In this document: positions 7,031 through 15,141 of the stretch, piece after piece
Numbering within the stretch: the first letter of the stretch is position 1
How the letters are laid out: the number at the start of each line of letters is the position of its first letter
Virus record (IMG/VR): IMGVR_UViG_3300037313_000691
Location: 1 to 39,497 of that record
Reading direction: 5' to 3' (one strand)
DNA length: 39,497 nt
DNA from: a virus
Lineage: Duplodnaviria; Caudoviricetes
Translations under genes and position numbers: made by a program
Notes under the pieces: model-generated
The model's database searches: none
Told to the model about the DNA's origin: nothing
Seen by the model: only the letters and a program-made list of their open reading frames with translations

Positions 7031-7910
7031 CGCTGTTACCTCCTTCGCTGGCGGAGCCGTGCAACCGATTCACGCCAGCATTACCTGCTGAGCCGTGGTG
7101 TTGCGGCACGCGCAGCGGGTTCGCGTATCCGGGCGGCAGGAAGGGCTGCAAGTCCTTCTTGACGTAGTGCCGCACGCCGAGCTTCTGGCACAGGTCGATC
7201 ATCCGGCGCGTGTAGTCGCACCAGTCCGTCGTGCGCGTGATCGAGCCGAGGTAGTTTGCGCGGCCGATCTTGAAGAGGTCCACGTAGCTGTGCGTCTTGT
7301 GGACTATTTCGAGGCTTGCCTCCACGTCGAGCGTCGGCTCCAGCGACACCCAAGTGAAGATGCCGCGCGAATGGAAAGCGTAGAGCGCGTTGAGCCGGTC
7401 GACCGGTAGAGCCGCGCCGCGCTCCCACTTCTTCGAGAACTCGTCATCCAGCGTTGTCAGCGTGCTGGCGAACGCATCACGGTCGGGGCGGAAGAGGTCG
7501 ATGTCCCGCAGTGCGCGCGTGCCGCCCTTGGTCAACGTGCAGAACCCCAAGCCGTGAGCGCGCAGCACCTGGAGCGTTTCGCGCGTGAGCGTCGTATCGC
7601 CGGGGTGGTACGGGTCCGTGGTGAAGGACAGCATGACCTGCTCGCGCGACCCCATCGCCTGGTACTTCTTCGCGTCCTTTGTGAGCGCGGCGAGGAAGCC
7701 TTCCCGCGGCACGGCCCCGGCGTCGAACTCGGCGCGCTTCATCTTGAGCACGCCAGGCACGTAGCAGTAGGCGCAACCGTGGCCGCAGCCCCGGTACGGA
7801 TTGGCCGCGAGCGGCGCGTACTCTCCGGCCTGTCCTGCCGGCGCGTAGATGTGGCTACATCCCTTGATCGCCACGCCTCGCGGCATGAATTCGATGGTGC
7901 GAGTCGTCAC
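7020..7910 (-). CDS. Radical SAM protein, spore-photoproduct-lyase-like family
   Basis: NPYRGCGHGCAYCY (CxxxCxxC), TDPY, LTK, WVSLEP motifs. Confidence 0.9.
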   Translation of the reverse strand: MTTRTIEFMPRGVAIKGCSHIYAPAGQAGEYAPLAANPYRGCGHGCAYCYVPGVLKMKRAEFDAGAVPREGFLAALTKDAKKYQAMGSREQVMLSFTTDPYHPGDTTLTRETLQVLRAHGLGFCTLTKGGTRALRDIDLFRPDRDAFASTLTTLDDEFSKKWERGAALPVDRLNALYAFHSRGIFTWVSLEPTLDVEASLEIVHKTHSYVDLFKIGRANYLGSITRTTDWCDYTRRMIDLCQKLGVRHYVKKDLQPFLPPGYANPLRVPQHHGSAGNAGVNRLHGSASEGGNSDAQ

Positions 7911-7971
7911 GAGTTACTCCCTCCGTCAGACGTTTTCGTGGCGACCGGCATGCCAGCAATACCTTGCTGAG

Positions 7972-8457
7972 TCATAGGTCCTCCAGCTTCGTGTCGTATC
8001 CGAGCATCAACGGATGCAGTGGGTCGCGGCTCTTGGTGCGGCCGAAGCATTTCATGGGCTTGCCCGTCCTGCGCAACAGCACGAGCGTGTTGTCAAAGTG
8101 GTAGCGCAGTCCGGCGTGAACCTTGGAGCGGTTGCCCCAGCATGGAACAAGAATGTCTGCGTCGGCGGCGATCTGCTTCAAGTGCTCGGCGTTGTCCAAT
8201 CCGGTTGGGTGCATGACGCCGGCCAGCTCGCGCACATCGGTCGCGCGATACGCGAACACGTTGCCGACAATGAACCGGCGTCCACCCCAGCGGGACACGA
8301 AGCCGATCCACTTGCCGACAGTCTGATCGTCAACGGTCGCATCTGCGGTGCTCGGGTTGATGCCGAAGAACGCATAGATCGGGCCGCTGGCGTCCGGTAT
8401 CTCCCGCTCCAGGCGGTAGCGGAATTTTCCGCAGTCGGAGAGGGTCGCGCCGTTCAT
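7972..8457 (-). CDS. DUF1643 family protein
   Basis: SDCGKFRYRLER, GINPSTADATVDDQT, GNVFAYRATD, CWG, PLHPL motifs. Confidence 0.9.
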   Translation of the reverse strand: MNGATLSDCGKFRYRLEREIPDASGPIYAFFGINPSTADATVDDQTVGKWIGFVSRWGGRRFIVGNVFAYRATDVRELAGVMHPTGLDNAEHLKQIAADADILVPCWGNRSKVHAGLRYHFDNTLVLLRRTGKPMKCFGRTKSRDPLHPLMLGYDTKLEDL

Positions 8458-8526
8458 GGCTTCGCTCCGGTTACATCGGTCCGCGAGCCGTTTTGCGCTG
8501 CGTCCACGCCATCGGTGACTTTCATG

Positions 8527-8742
8527 TCATGTGGCATAGCTAACTCCCAAGGCCAAGAGCTGCGCCTGGCATTCGCGGGCAAATTGCTCTGGCCCGTTCT
8601 CGCGGTAGAACTCCAAACGACCCGAGAGGAAGCGGACTTGCCGCCTGCGCTCGCTGCGCGCCTCCAGCCACAACATCAGCGGCAAGACCACGATCGGCAT
8701 GAAGACGATCGCTGCCATAGAGATGTTGGCGGCGGACATCAT
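8527..8742 (-). CDS. Small membrane protein
   Basis: TM segment AAIVFMPIVVLPLMLWL; ATGA coupling. Confidence 0.6.
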   Translation of the reverse strand: MMSAANISMAAIVFMPIVVLPLMLWLEARSERRRQVRFLSGRLEFYRENGPEQFARECQAQLLALGVSYAT

Positions 8743-8837
8743 GCGGCCCCATTTCTCGCAGCCAGCCAGGAGCCGACCAGCAGACCGATGAACACACCGT
8801 TGCCGAAGCACATATAGCCGATGACGACGTAGCTCAT
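8739..8837 (-). CDS. 32-aa membrane peptide
   Basis: MSYVVIGYMCFGNGVFIGLLVGSWLAARNGAA*; ATGA overlaps on both sides. Confidence 0.55.
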   Translation of the reverse strand: MSYVVIGYMCFGNGVFIGLLVGSWLAARNGAA

Positions 8838-9091
8838 TGCTTCCTCGCTAGATCGAAAACTGAGGCAATGCGCTGAGACTTGCGGTAGAACCCCGCACGC
8901 GAGCGGTTGTGGCGCGCTGCGGCTTGACGCTGAGGGCGAAGCGGAACGCCCAAGTAACGCAGGGCCGTTACCACGGATGTCTCACTGGCCTTCAAGATCG
9001 CTGCGACTTGGCGGCGAGACTTCTCCTCATCTCGGTACAGGATGGCGGCTTGGTGCATTTGCAGAGGGGTTAGGGCTTTCGCTCTCGGCAT
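8834..9091 (-). CDS. HTH DNA-binding protein
   Basis: LYRDEEKSRRQVAAILKASETSVVTALRYLGVPLR. Confidence 0.7.
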   Translation of the reverse strand: MPRAKALTPLQMHQAAILYRDEEKSRRQVAAILKASETSVVTALRYLGVPLRPQRQAAARHNRSRAGFYRKSQRIASVFDLARKQ

Positions 9092-10059
9092 CACGCGGGG
9101 GCCTTTGCTGCTGTCTTGCGCGCTTCGCCTTCCTTTTTTAAGCCGCTGCGCACGTTCGATGGAAGGACCGACCACAAGGCAACCTTCTGATCGGAGTCCA
9201 GGTTTTCGGCCTCGATGCGGTCGAAGGCAATGACAACGCCTGCCTCTTCGCTGTTGAAAAGGTCCGTCACTTCCGCGCCGAGGTCGCGCAGGTAGGTTTG
9301 CTGATCCGCGTCCACCATCGCCATTGCGCCCATCGTCGCGGAACTGCGGAAAGAGATCGTTTCCGTGCCGATGTCGGCCAGCCCTTCACCGCCTTCGGTG
9401 TTGAGGAAGTGGACGGCAGTGTCCAGGCGGTCGGTCTTGGGCCAGAGTTTGTAGGCGCGCTTGATGACCGTCTTTTTGATCATCTCGCCCTCGTCCGTCT
9501 TCCACGGACCCTTTTGCCCACTCTTCCACGAGCTGGAGCGATTGCGAATGTCGTACACCTCGTCAATCGCCATACAGGTGGTGAGGTAGTCGCCATCGCG
9601 GGTCTTGACGACCACATAGACGCCGACGATGGGGCCGCGCTCCTTGGCGAACGGATTGCGGTTATGGGACGGAGGCTTGTCGAAGCCTTGCAGCTCGAAG
9701 CGGTCTTGTTCGTAGACGAGTTCGGACTGCCCCCACATGATGGAGCCGGACTGGATGGCGAGGTCCAGCAGGCCCATGTAGCTGATGTCCAGGCAGATGC
9801 GCCCATCGCGCGGCACGAGGTACGCCTGCCGCTTGGCGGGGTTCAGGCTGATCCCGATGGCCGCGACGTTCGTCACCGCGTTGATGACGGACTGGCGGTT
9901 GTCCATCGACACACGCATGGTGTACTCGTTGGCCGTGACAATCTGAACGGCGAACCCGGCTTCACGTTCGAAGTTCAGCGCCCCACCGGACATCTTCTCA
10001 AACCGCTCGCGCGTGGAGTAGATGTCGTCGCGGATGATTTGCAAGCTGTTGTTCGTCAT
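9091..10059 (-). CDS. recT: RecT-family single-strand annealing protein
   Basis: [48 protein letters not shown] motifs. Confidence 0.9.
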   Translation of the reverse strand: MTNNSLQIIRDDIYSTRERFEKMSGGALNFEREAGFAVQIVTANEYTMRVSMDNRQSVINAVTNVAAIGISLNPAKRQAYLVPRDGRICLDISYMGLLDLAIQSGSIMWGQSELVYEQDRFELQGFDKPPSHNRNPFAKERGPIVGVYVVVKTRDGDYLTTCMAIDEVYDIRNRSSSWKSGQKGPWKTDEGEMIKKTVIKRAYKLWPKTDRLDTAVHFLNTEGGEGLADIGTETISFRSSATMGAMAMVDADQQTYLRDLGAEVTDLFNSEEAGVVIAFDRIEAENLDSDQKVALWSVLPSNVRSGLKKEGEARKTAAKAPA

Positions 10060-10061
10060 GG

Positions 10062-10319
10062 TCAGTCTTCCAGTTGTTCGAGAATCGTTTCCTCGATGAA
10101 CTCGCGCTGGCACACATCCAGCATGTCCGTGATGTCCACGCCCGCGACACGGCAAGCAACGAGAGATGCGTTCGCCGGGTATCCGGGGCCTGGACAGGCG
10201 TCAACGTCGTAGCAAGGCGATTCGCCCGGCTCGTATTCGTAGTCGCACTCCATCTCGAAGCCCCACGGTTTGACCAGCGCCGTGCGACAGGCATACGTGA
10301 TTTGCAGTCGTGCATTCAT
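10062..10319 (-). CDS. Acidic hypothetical protein
   Basis: Collinear and coupled; YEYEPGE...PGYP motif. Confidence 0.7.
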   Translation of the reverse strand: MNARLQITYACRTALVKPWGFEMECDYEYEPGESPCYDVDACPGPGYPANASLVACRVAGVDITDMLDVCQREFIEETILEQLED

Positions 10320-10459
10320 TGCGACAACCTTTCATAAATCCAACCCCCACCCCCAACCACAACTACAGCGGTAAGGATTGCCACGAGAAACGCAAGCAAT
10401 GCACTTACAAGAGTGAAGGCTTGTTCACTTGATACGACTGGAGGGTCGGGAGGGGTCAT
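10316..10459 (-). CDS. Small single-TM protein
   Basis: LVSALLAFLVAILTAVVVVGG. Confidence 0.55.
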   Translation of the reverse strand: MTPPDPPVVSSEQAFTLVSALLAFLVAILTAVVVVGGGGWIYERLSQ

Positions 10460-10461
10460 GG

Positions 10462-10842
10462 CTAGTCGCGGCTGATGGCTCGCACTTCGACATGCGTCCA
10501 GCCTTCCTTCTCTGCCAGCGTCTTGCACTGCTCGGCGGCATCGAGCAGTTCGTAGGGCTTGCTGCGGACGGACTTCTTCTTGCATGTGCGAAGCCATGCC
10601 TCCAAGTCCCACGCCTTCGGAACCTTGACGGACTTGTCGTCCTGCGCCCGGCGAAGCGCGTCTGTGCGTGCGGCCTCGTGATGAAGCCGCGCCTCTTCGA
10701 TTGCGCCTTTGGGAAGGCCGAGCACTCGCCAGCCCTTGTGGTAGGAGCTGGGCTCTTTTTTCTCACGCTTGCGCGCGTGAAGTGATGGATCGAGCGAAAC
10801 AGGTTCACCCGCGAGATTCACGTAACGCAGTTCTGTGTTCAC
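10462..10842 (-). CDS. Hypothetical protein
   Basis: SD GGAG, GTGA coupling. Confidence 0.7.
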   Translation of the reverse strand: MNTELRYVNLAGEPVSLDPSLHARKREKKEPSSYHKGWRVLGLPKGAIEEARLHHEAARTDALRRAQDDKSVKVPKAWDLEAWLRTCKKKSVRSKPYELLDAAEQCKTLAEKEGWTHVEVRAISRD

Positions 10843-11009
10843 GCTCTCTTCTCCAACTTGATCGGCTTGACGTTTGCGGACTTCTTGACGGCCTGGTCTT
10901 CCTTCATCTGCCTGCGGATGCGAGCGAAGGTCTTTGCAACATCGGTGGCGTCCTTGGGCACGTAGCGCCAGTCCTTGTCCCAGCAGCGGGCTTTGGTCGG
11001 GTCTGTCAT
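10839..11009 (-). CDS. Small basic hypothetical protein
   Basis: WRYVPKDATDVAKTFARIRR motif recalled from small phage early proteins. Confidence 0.65.
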   Translation of the reverse strand: MTDPTKARCWDKDWRYVPKDATDVAKTFARIRRQMKEDQAVKKSANVKPIKLEKRA

Positions 11010-11055
11010 TGGTTCCCCATGCTCGTCTTTGAGCGGGCTATGCGAAGGACTCGGG

Positions 11056-12303
11056 TCATGACTCAAACGCAGGCGCGTAGTCTTCCGGCCGCGCGAATGC
11101 CACTTGCGTCTTGTCCCCGCGCTTGCGCCAGGTCGATGCGCTAGCTGCGATCAGTTCACGCCCCGCACGACCGCCGTACAGCGAACCATCAACCGGGATC
11201 ACGTACCGCCTCGTCGTGCCGTCCGGCTCCGGTGTGGAGTTCAGAACATCCAGCATCGTGATGCCGTTGATGTCCCACAGCTTGGCGGTGCGCAGTCCCT
11301 TGAGCGCGTGATCTTCCGACGCCGAGTCGATCAACTTCGCGTCAGACTCGCGCAGGTAGCGTTCGTAGCCGTACCGCTCGACCATGATGCGGCGCACTTC
11401 TGCGTTCGCTTCGTCCTTGATCTGCGCGAGCGTGATCGTTTCAGGCCGCATCACGACCTGCTCCGTCACCGCAACGCCGTGGATGTAGTACAGCGCCCAA
11501 CCGTCCGGGTAGGCGACCGCAGGACCATCCTCGCGGTGCAGTTGGTAGCGCCCGTTCGGTAGGCGGGTTTGGTGAATCTGTGAATGCCGCTCGCTCACCC
11601 AGCAGATGTGCTCGTGCGGGATGGCCCATCCCGCAGATTGCGCGAGCTCCCACAGCCCAGCAAGCTTTTCGGTCTGCGCCGTGAGGCCGCATTCCCTGGA
11701 AAAAAATTCGTAAAAACCAAGCCAGTTCGCGTCGTGCGCCCCGTAGACGCTGTCCCAGACGCTGTCCCTGACGCTGGCCCTGACGCTGGCCCTGACGCTG
11801 GCCCTGACGCTGTCCCCGACGCTGTCCCCGACGCTGTCCCAGACGCTGGCCCCGACGCTGTCCCAGACGCTGTCCCAGACGCTGTCCCCGACGCTGTCCC
11901 TGACGCTGTCCCCGACGCTGTCCCAGACGCTGTCCCAGACGCTGTCCCCGACGCTGTCCCAGACGCTGTCCCAGACGCTGGCCCCGACGCTGTCCCAGAC
12001 GCTGTCCCCGACGCTGTCCCTGACGCTGTCCCCGACGCTGTCCCAGACGCTGTCCCCGACGCTGTCCCCGACGCTGGCCGGGAGCTTCTGGACGATACTG
12101 CGCGTCAGCCCTTGCGACAAAGGCGAACCGCACCACACAACACGGGGCGGCTTCTTGCCGGCGATTTCGTACATGCGGCGAATCGCGGCTTCGGCGCGCG
12201 GGCGGTCTGCGGGCTTCGTGGAAAGACCGATGTTCGTCCAGCGGCGCACGTATTCAGGAAACTTCGCTTCCTGCGCGGCAGTGAGCTTTTCGATGCGGGT
12301 CAT
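11056..12303 (-). CDS. DUF6745-like protein with SV(W/G/R)(D/A) tetrapeptide repeats
   Basis: STKPADRPRAE, WCGSP, LHREDGPAVAYPDGW..YYIHGV, NAEVRR..ERYG, NSTPEPDG motifs. Confidence 0.85.
   Translation of the reverse strand: MTRIEKLTAAQEAKFPEYVRRWTNIGLSTKPADRPRAEAAIRRMYEIAGKKPPRVVWCGSPLSQGLTRSIVQKLPASVGDSVGDSVWDSVGDSVRDSVGDSVWDSVGASVWDSVWDSVGDSVWDSVWDSVGDSVRDSVGDSVWDSVWDSVGASVWDSVGDSVGDSVRASVRASVRASVRDSVWDSVYGAHDANWLGFYEFFSRECGLTAQTEKLAGLWELAQSAGWAIPHEHICWVSERHSQIHQTRLPNGRYQLHREDGPAVAYPDGWALYYIHGVAVTEQVVMRPETITLAQIKDEANAEVRRIMVERYGYERYLRESDAKLIDSASEDHALKGLRTAKLWDINGITMLDVLNSTPEPDGTTRRYVIPVDGSLYGGRAGRELIAASASTWRKRGDKTQVAFARPEDYAPAFES
11752..12075 (-). repeat. 27 x 12-bp coding tandem repeat AGCGTC(T/G/A)GGG(A/C)C
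   Basis: Directly visible; only two positions vary between units. Confidence 0.97.
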
Positions 12304-12305
12304 GC

Positions 12306-12731
12306 TCAGTCCTCGACGATGCGCGCCATGTTGTCGGGGCCGGCTTCGACCTGGACGGGGCAGTGATAGATGCCGGCCGGGATCGTGGGAGCCGAGTGCT
12401 CTTCATGCTTCATCGTGGAGGACTCGCGCACTTCGAGATACCACTCGCCGTCCGGGGCGGACCACATCTGCGCGGTGCGGCGGGCGCGGGCGCGCTCCAG
12501 TGCGGCGGTTGCCACTTCGGCACTGCGCGCGAGTTCCTGCTCGATCTTTTCGTCGGGCGTGAATTCGTAGATCGCGTGCGCATGGCCGGTCACTTCGCCA
12601 TGCGCCAGCACGAACCTGCGCCCGCCCTCGGGCTCGATGTGAACGCAGCCTGCGGGCAATGCCTTGACGGGGATCAGAAGTACATCTCCCTGCCGAATGA
12701 TGTAGGGTTTCATTGATTTACGTGTTTCCAT
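12306..12731 (-). CDS. His-rich partner of DUF6745-like protein (RQGDV...GEVTGHAH...HEEH)
   Basis: IRQGDVLLIP, LAHGEVTGHAH, MKHEEH..TIPAGIY motifs; lies immediately upstream of the repeat gene. Confidence 0.85.
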   Translation of the reverse strand: METRKSMKPYIIRQGDVLLIPVKALPAGCVHIEPEGGRRFVLAHGEVTGHAHAIYEFTPDEKIEQELARSAEVATAALERARARRTAQMWSAPDGEWYLEVRESSTMKHEEHSAPTIPAGIYHCPVQVEAGPDNMARIVED

Positions 12732-12820
12732 GTGACTCTCCGTTTGATTGCCGAAATGGCGGTTTGCGAAACGCCGTGCTCCCTTTGGGCGTGGTGGGTA
12801 AGTTGTTCACGATTCGGCGG

Positions 12821-13123
12821 CTACACCGCCTCCTTTACTTCACCATCAGCACGGCGAAGGGATTGATTCATCGCATCGCGCATGGCTTTGAGGCCGATCA
12901 GGACGAACTCCTGGGGGATGGGCCATGCGTATGCGACGGGTTCATCCTTGTTGTCGAAAAAGCGAATGCGCAGGGTGCGGCTCTGGCCTTCTTCCCATTG
13001 GAGGCTGGAGACTTCATCGATTGCCCCAATGACGTCTTCAAGTCCTTCCATGAGGTTGATGCGCTCGCGCAGTTCTTCTTGTGTCGGAGTTCTGGACTCG
13101 GGCGGGGATAGGGTGGGGGTCAT
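12821..13123 (-). CDS. Hypothetical protein
   Basis: ATGA coupling; SD GAGGTG. Confidence 0.7.
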   Translation of the reverse strand: MTPTLSPPESRTPTQEELRERINLMEGLEDVIGAIDEVSSLQWEEGQSRTLRIRFFDNKDEPVAYAWPIPQEFVLIGLKAMRDAMNQSLRRADGEVKEAV

Positions 13124-13488
13124 TGCGTCACCTCAGCCTCGACTTCGCGGAATAACTTCATGAGCGGGATCGCGTTCTCCGTGTCCACCGCAGAAAAATC
13201 CACCGGAACACCGGAGAGCATCGCGTTGAAGGCTCGAAGCGTATTGAGCGATTCGTTAATTCGCGCTCGGTCTTCCTCGCTTCCTGTCATCAGGATTGCG
13301 GCCAGCGCCGTGCGAAACCGCATGTCGCTCGTAAGCCGACCCGACATCCAGAAAATATCGCGCTCGTGGCTCGGGTCGAGCACATAGCGGAAGGCGAACA
13401 TCAAACGGTCTTCCAGCGATCCGTCCTTTGGAATCTGGTCCTTGAACGCGCTCGCTGCGATTTGCAATCCAACGGTGTCGGTGCTCAT
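13120..13488 (-). CDS. Hypothetical protein
   Basis: ATGA coupling on both sides. Confidence 0.75.
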   Translation of the reverse strand: MSTDTVGLQIAASAFKDQIPKDGSLEDRLMFAFRYVLDPSHERDIFWMSGRLTSDMRFRTALAAILMTGSEEDRARINESLNTLRAFNAMLSGVPVDFSAVDTENAIPLMKLFREVEAEVTQ

Positions 13489-13757
13489 TCGCTGCCTTTC
13501 TGTCCGGTGGAGGGGGCGGGGAAGGGCTTCCAGTGCGTCGGCTCCCAGAGGTCAACGTTCTCCACCGTGCCGCGACACCAGCCGTAAAGCGGGACGTGCG
13601 ATGCCTTGCCCCACCACGTCACGCGCACGGACATGGCAGTCCGCCAACCCGGCAAGATGCTTCCCGGCATCTGTCGAACGCGCAGCCGAAGCCGCCCTTT
13701 TCCGTGGAAGCGCGCCCCATCCTTCGGCGCGGTTTCGATGTTTTGCCATTCGCTCAC
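13485..13757 (-). CDS. DUF551-like protein
   Basis: SEWQNIETAPKDG...EPTHWKPFPAP signature. Confidence 0.85.
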   Translation of the reverse strand: MSEWQNIETAPKDGARFHGKGRLRLRVRQMPGSILPGWRTAMSVRVTWWGKASHVPLYGWCRGTVENVDLWEPTHWKPFPAPSTGQKGSE

Positions 13758-14032
13758 TTCTCTTCGCTCCCTTCTTGCTTGTTCCCGGTGATGTGGGAGG
13801 AGGCGGAAGCCCACTGCACGAATGCGCCACGCAAGTACACGGCGGTGTATGCAGCAACAAGAGCGGCGATACCCCACGCGCGCGACTGCCACGCGAACGC
13901 AATCCAGAACGCCTGCCCGATGAGGCCGACGATTGGGGCCCACTTCCGCTGCCCGATGCTTTGGCCCATCGCCATCCACAGAGCCGAGAGCCCGAAGGCG
14001 GCGATGCCAAGTTGAATCAGCGCGTCAGCCAT
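13754..14032 (-). CDS. Small multi-TM membrane protein
   Basis: RKWAPIVGLIGQAFWIAFAW..WGIAALVAAYT; three hydrophobic segments. Confidence 0.75.
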   Translation of the reverse strand: MADALIQLGIAAFGLSALWMAMGQSIGQRKWAPIVGLIGQAFWIAFAWQSRAWGIAALVAAYTAVYLRGAFVQWASASSHITGNKQEGSEEK

Positions 14033-14306
14033 TGCCGTTCCCCTTCGCGCGAATCGCCCGCAGCTCATTGAGTTCCGCGTGCCAAGCCTTCAAGTCCCAG
14101 CGGCGAGCGTTGGGGTCGCGTCCAACACAGAACATCCGCTTTTCGCCCGTTTCCACTTCGCTCCAGGCATTGCCGCTGAAGCTGTCCCCTCTCCATACAC
14201 GCCTGTCGTGTTCGGGAGTGCGAAGGAATGCAGGTTCGTTGGTCGCAGCCAGCCCGCACTTGATCGGATCGGCCTCGGCGCGAACAACATCTACGATGGC
14301 GTTCAT
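14025..14306 (-). CDS. Hypothetical protein
   Basis: Coupled overlaps with both neighbours. Confidence 0.65.
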   Translation of the reverse strand: MNAIVDVVRAEADPIKCGLAATNEPAFLRTPEHDRRVWRGDSFSGNAWSEVETGEKRMFCVGRDPNARRWDLKAWHAELNELRAIRAKGNGNG

Positions 14307-14581
14307 GCGGCACCTGTGGCTTTGGCGATGGCGGCGCGAAGGGCATCGGTCGCAGCTTGGAAGCCGAGCGTCGTGTCCTCATCGGCGGGGCACAGTTCCA
14401 TGTACCGCTGCGCTGCCGCTAGAAGTTCGGGCGCGGCTGCGATCAACTGCGCGTTCGCGCGAGCAATGCGATGGAATGCGCGCGCCCCCTCGACGGTTGC
14501 GATGATCGAGTCGCCCGCCCAAATCGCCGTGCCTTGCTTGCCAATAAGCCGCCAAGGCCCCGGAGTGAAGTTCGATTCCAT
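14303..14581 (-). CDS. Phage TPGPW...ANARLIAAAPEL family protein
   Basis: FTPGPW, ANAQLIAAAPELLAA, AAIAKATG. Confidence 0.85.
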   Translation of the reverse strand: MESNFTPGPWRLIGKQGTAIWAGDSIIATVEGARAFHRIARANAQLIAAAPELLAAAQRYMELCPADEDTTLGFQAATDALRAAIAKATGAA

Positions 14582-14612
14582 TTGCTTTTCTGTCTCCTGC
14601 AATGAGGGGGGT

Positions 14613-14927
14613 TCAGCAATCGAGCATGATGTGGACGCAGCCCGCGCGCTTCTCGCACTTCACGCGCTCGTCACAGCCCGCAAGGGCCTCGTCGCCTTGA
14701 TGACGCATGCGCCAGAGGAGGGTCGGGGAGCCAGTGGGGTTCGCGCTGTTGGCGAAGGCTTCCGCGTCGTCGTTGCTCATGGCTTCCGGCACGCACACTT
14801 GCATCGACAGCAGGGTGGTGCGGACCACCTCGGGTTCCGGCTTCGTCACGGACGACTGTGTTTCATACCGCCCGGAGGGCGTGCCAGCTTCCAACGGGCC
14901 AGATGAAACTGAATTCGACTCGCTCAT
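14613..14927 (-). CDS. Hypothetical protein (Cys-containing)
   Basis: SD AAGGAG; MQVCVP...NPTG...ERVKC...HIMLDC. Confidence 0.7.
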   Translation of the reverse strand: MSESNSVSSGPLEAGTPSGRYETQSSVTKPEPEVVRTTLLSMQVCVPEAMSNDDAEAFANSANPTGSPTLLWRMRHQGDEALAGCDERVKCEKRAGCVHIMLDC

Positions 14928-14943
14928 CAACTCTCTCCTTAGT

Positions 14944-15141
14944 TCAGGCGACTTGCTTGAGTTCCGGTGTGGGCGCGGGCGGCTCGAAATAGTCCTGGAG
15001 GACCTTCGCAACGCAATCGCCGTAGCTTTGGCGGATGTGTTCTGACACCGTCATTTCGGTAACGAAATTGGAGGGGATGTCGCCAACGAACGGCGCGACG
15101 GCGTAGCCGTCCTTCGCTTGAATGACCAGCATTGCTTTCAT
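14944..15141 (-). CDS. Hypothetical protein
   Basis: SD GGAG; IQAKDGYAV. Confidence 0.65.
   Translation of the reverse strand: MKAMLVIQAKDGYAVAPFVGDIPSNFVTEMTVSEHIRQSYGDCVAKVLQDYFEPPAPTPELKQVA

Larger units (their letters stand above)
6058..8526 (-). repeat. Six dispersed junction repeats (J1-J6) between consecutive genes
   Basis: Minus-strand core (A/C)TGGCGTG-like at + coordinates 6098, 6397, 6723, 7071, 7949, 8505, each followed by GTAAC (GGTAC in J6) just before the next start codon; three copies also share CTCAGCA(A)GGTA(A/T)TG. Confidence 0.8.

Noticed and set aside
7749-7756. Additional CTGGCGTG match inside the radical SAM gene
   Set aside because: It is mid-gene (codons PGV) and lacks the downstream GTAAC/start context; likely chance, and a reminder that the core alone is short.
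6058-8526. Classical integron with attC sites
   Set aside because: The junctions lack RYYYAAC/GTTRRRY ends in the required arrangement, and the integrase looks like a tRNA-targeting phage integrase rather than IntI. Kept as a distinct cassette-like finding.
9298-10212. Long antisense ORFs opposite recT and other genes (e.g. 8014-8817, 27777-28562)
   Set aside because: They are typical GC-rich shadow frames of well-supported genes, without motifs or ribosome-binding sites.
11752-12075. Tandem repeat as a CRISPR array or DGR template
   Set aside because: There are no unique spacers, cas genes or reverse transcriptase, and no separate template copy; the units are in-frame codons of a protein.
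11441-12366. Alternative-frame ORFs (RRGQ and DAVP repeats)
   Set aside because: They are artefacts of a stop-free 12-bp repeat; only the 11056-12303 frame has family motifs on both sides of the repeat.
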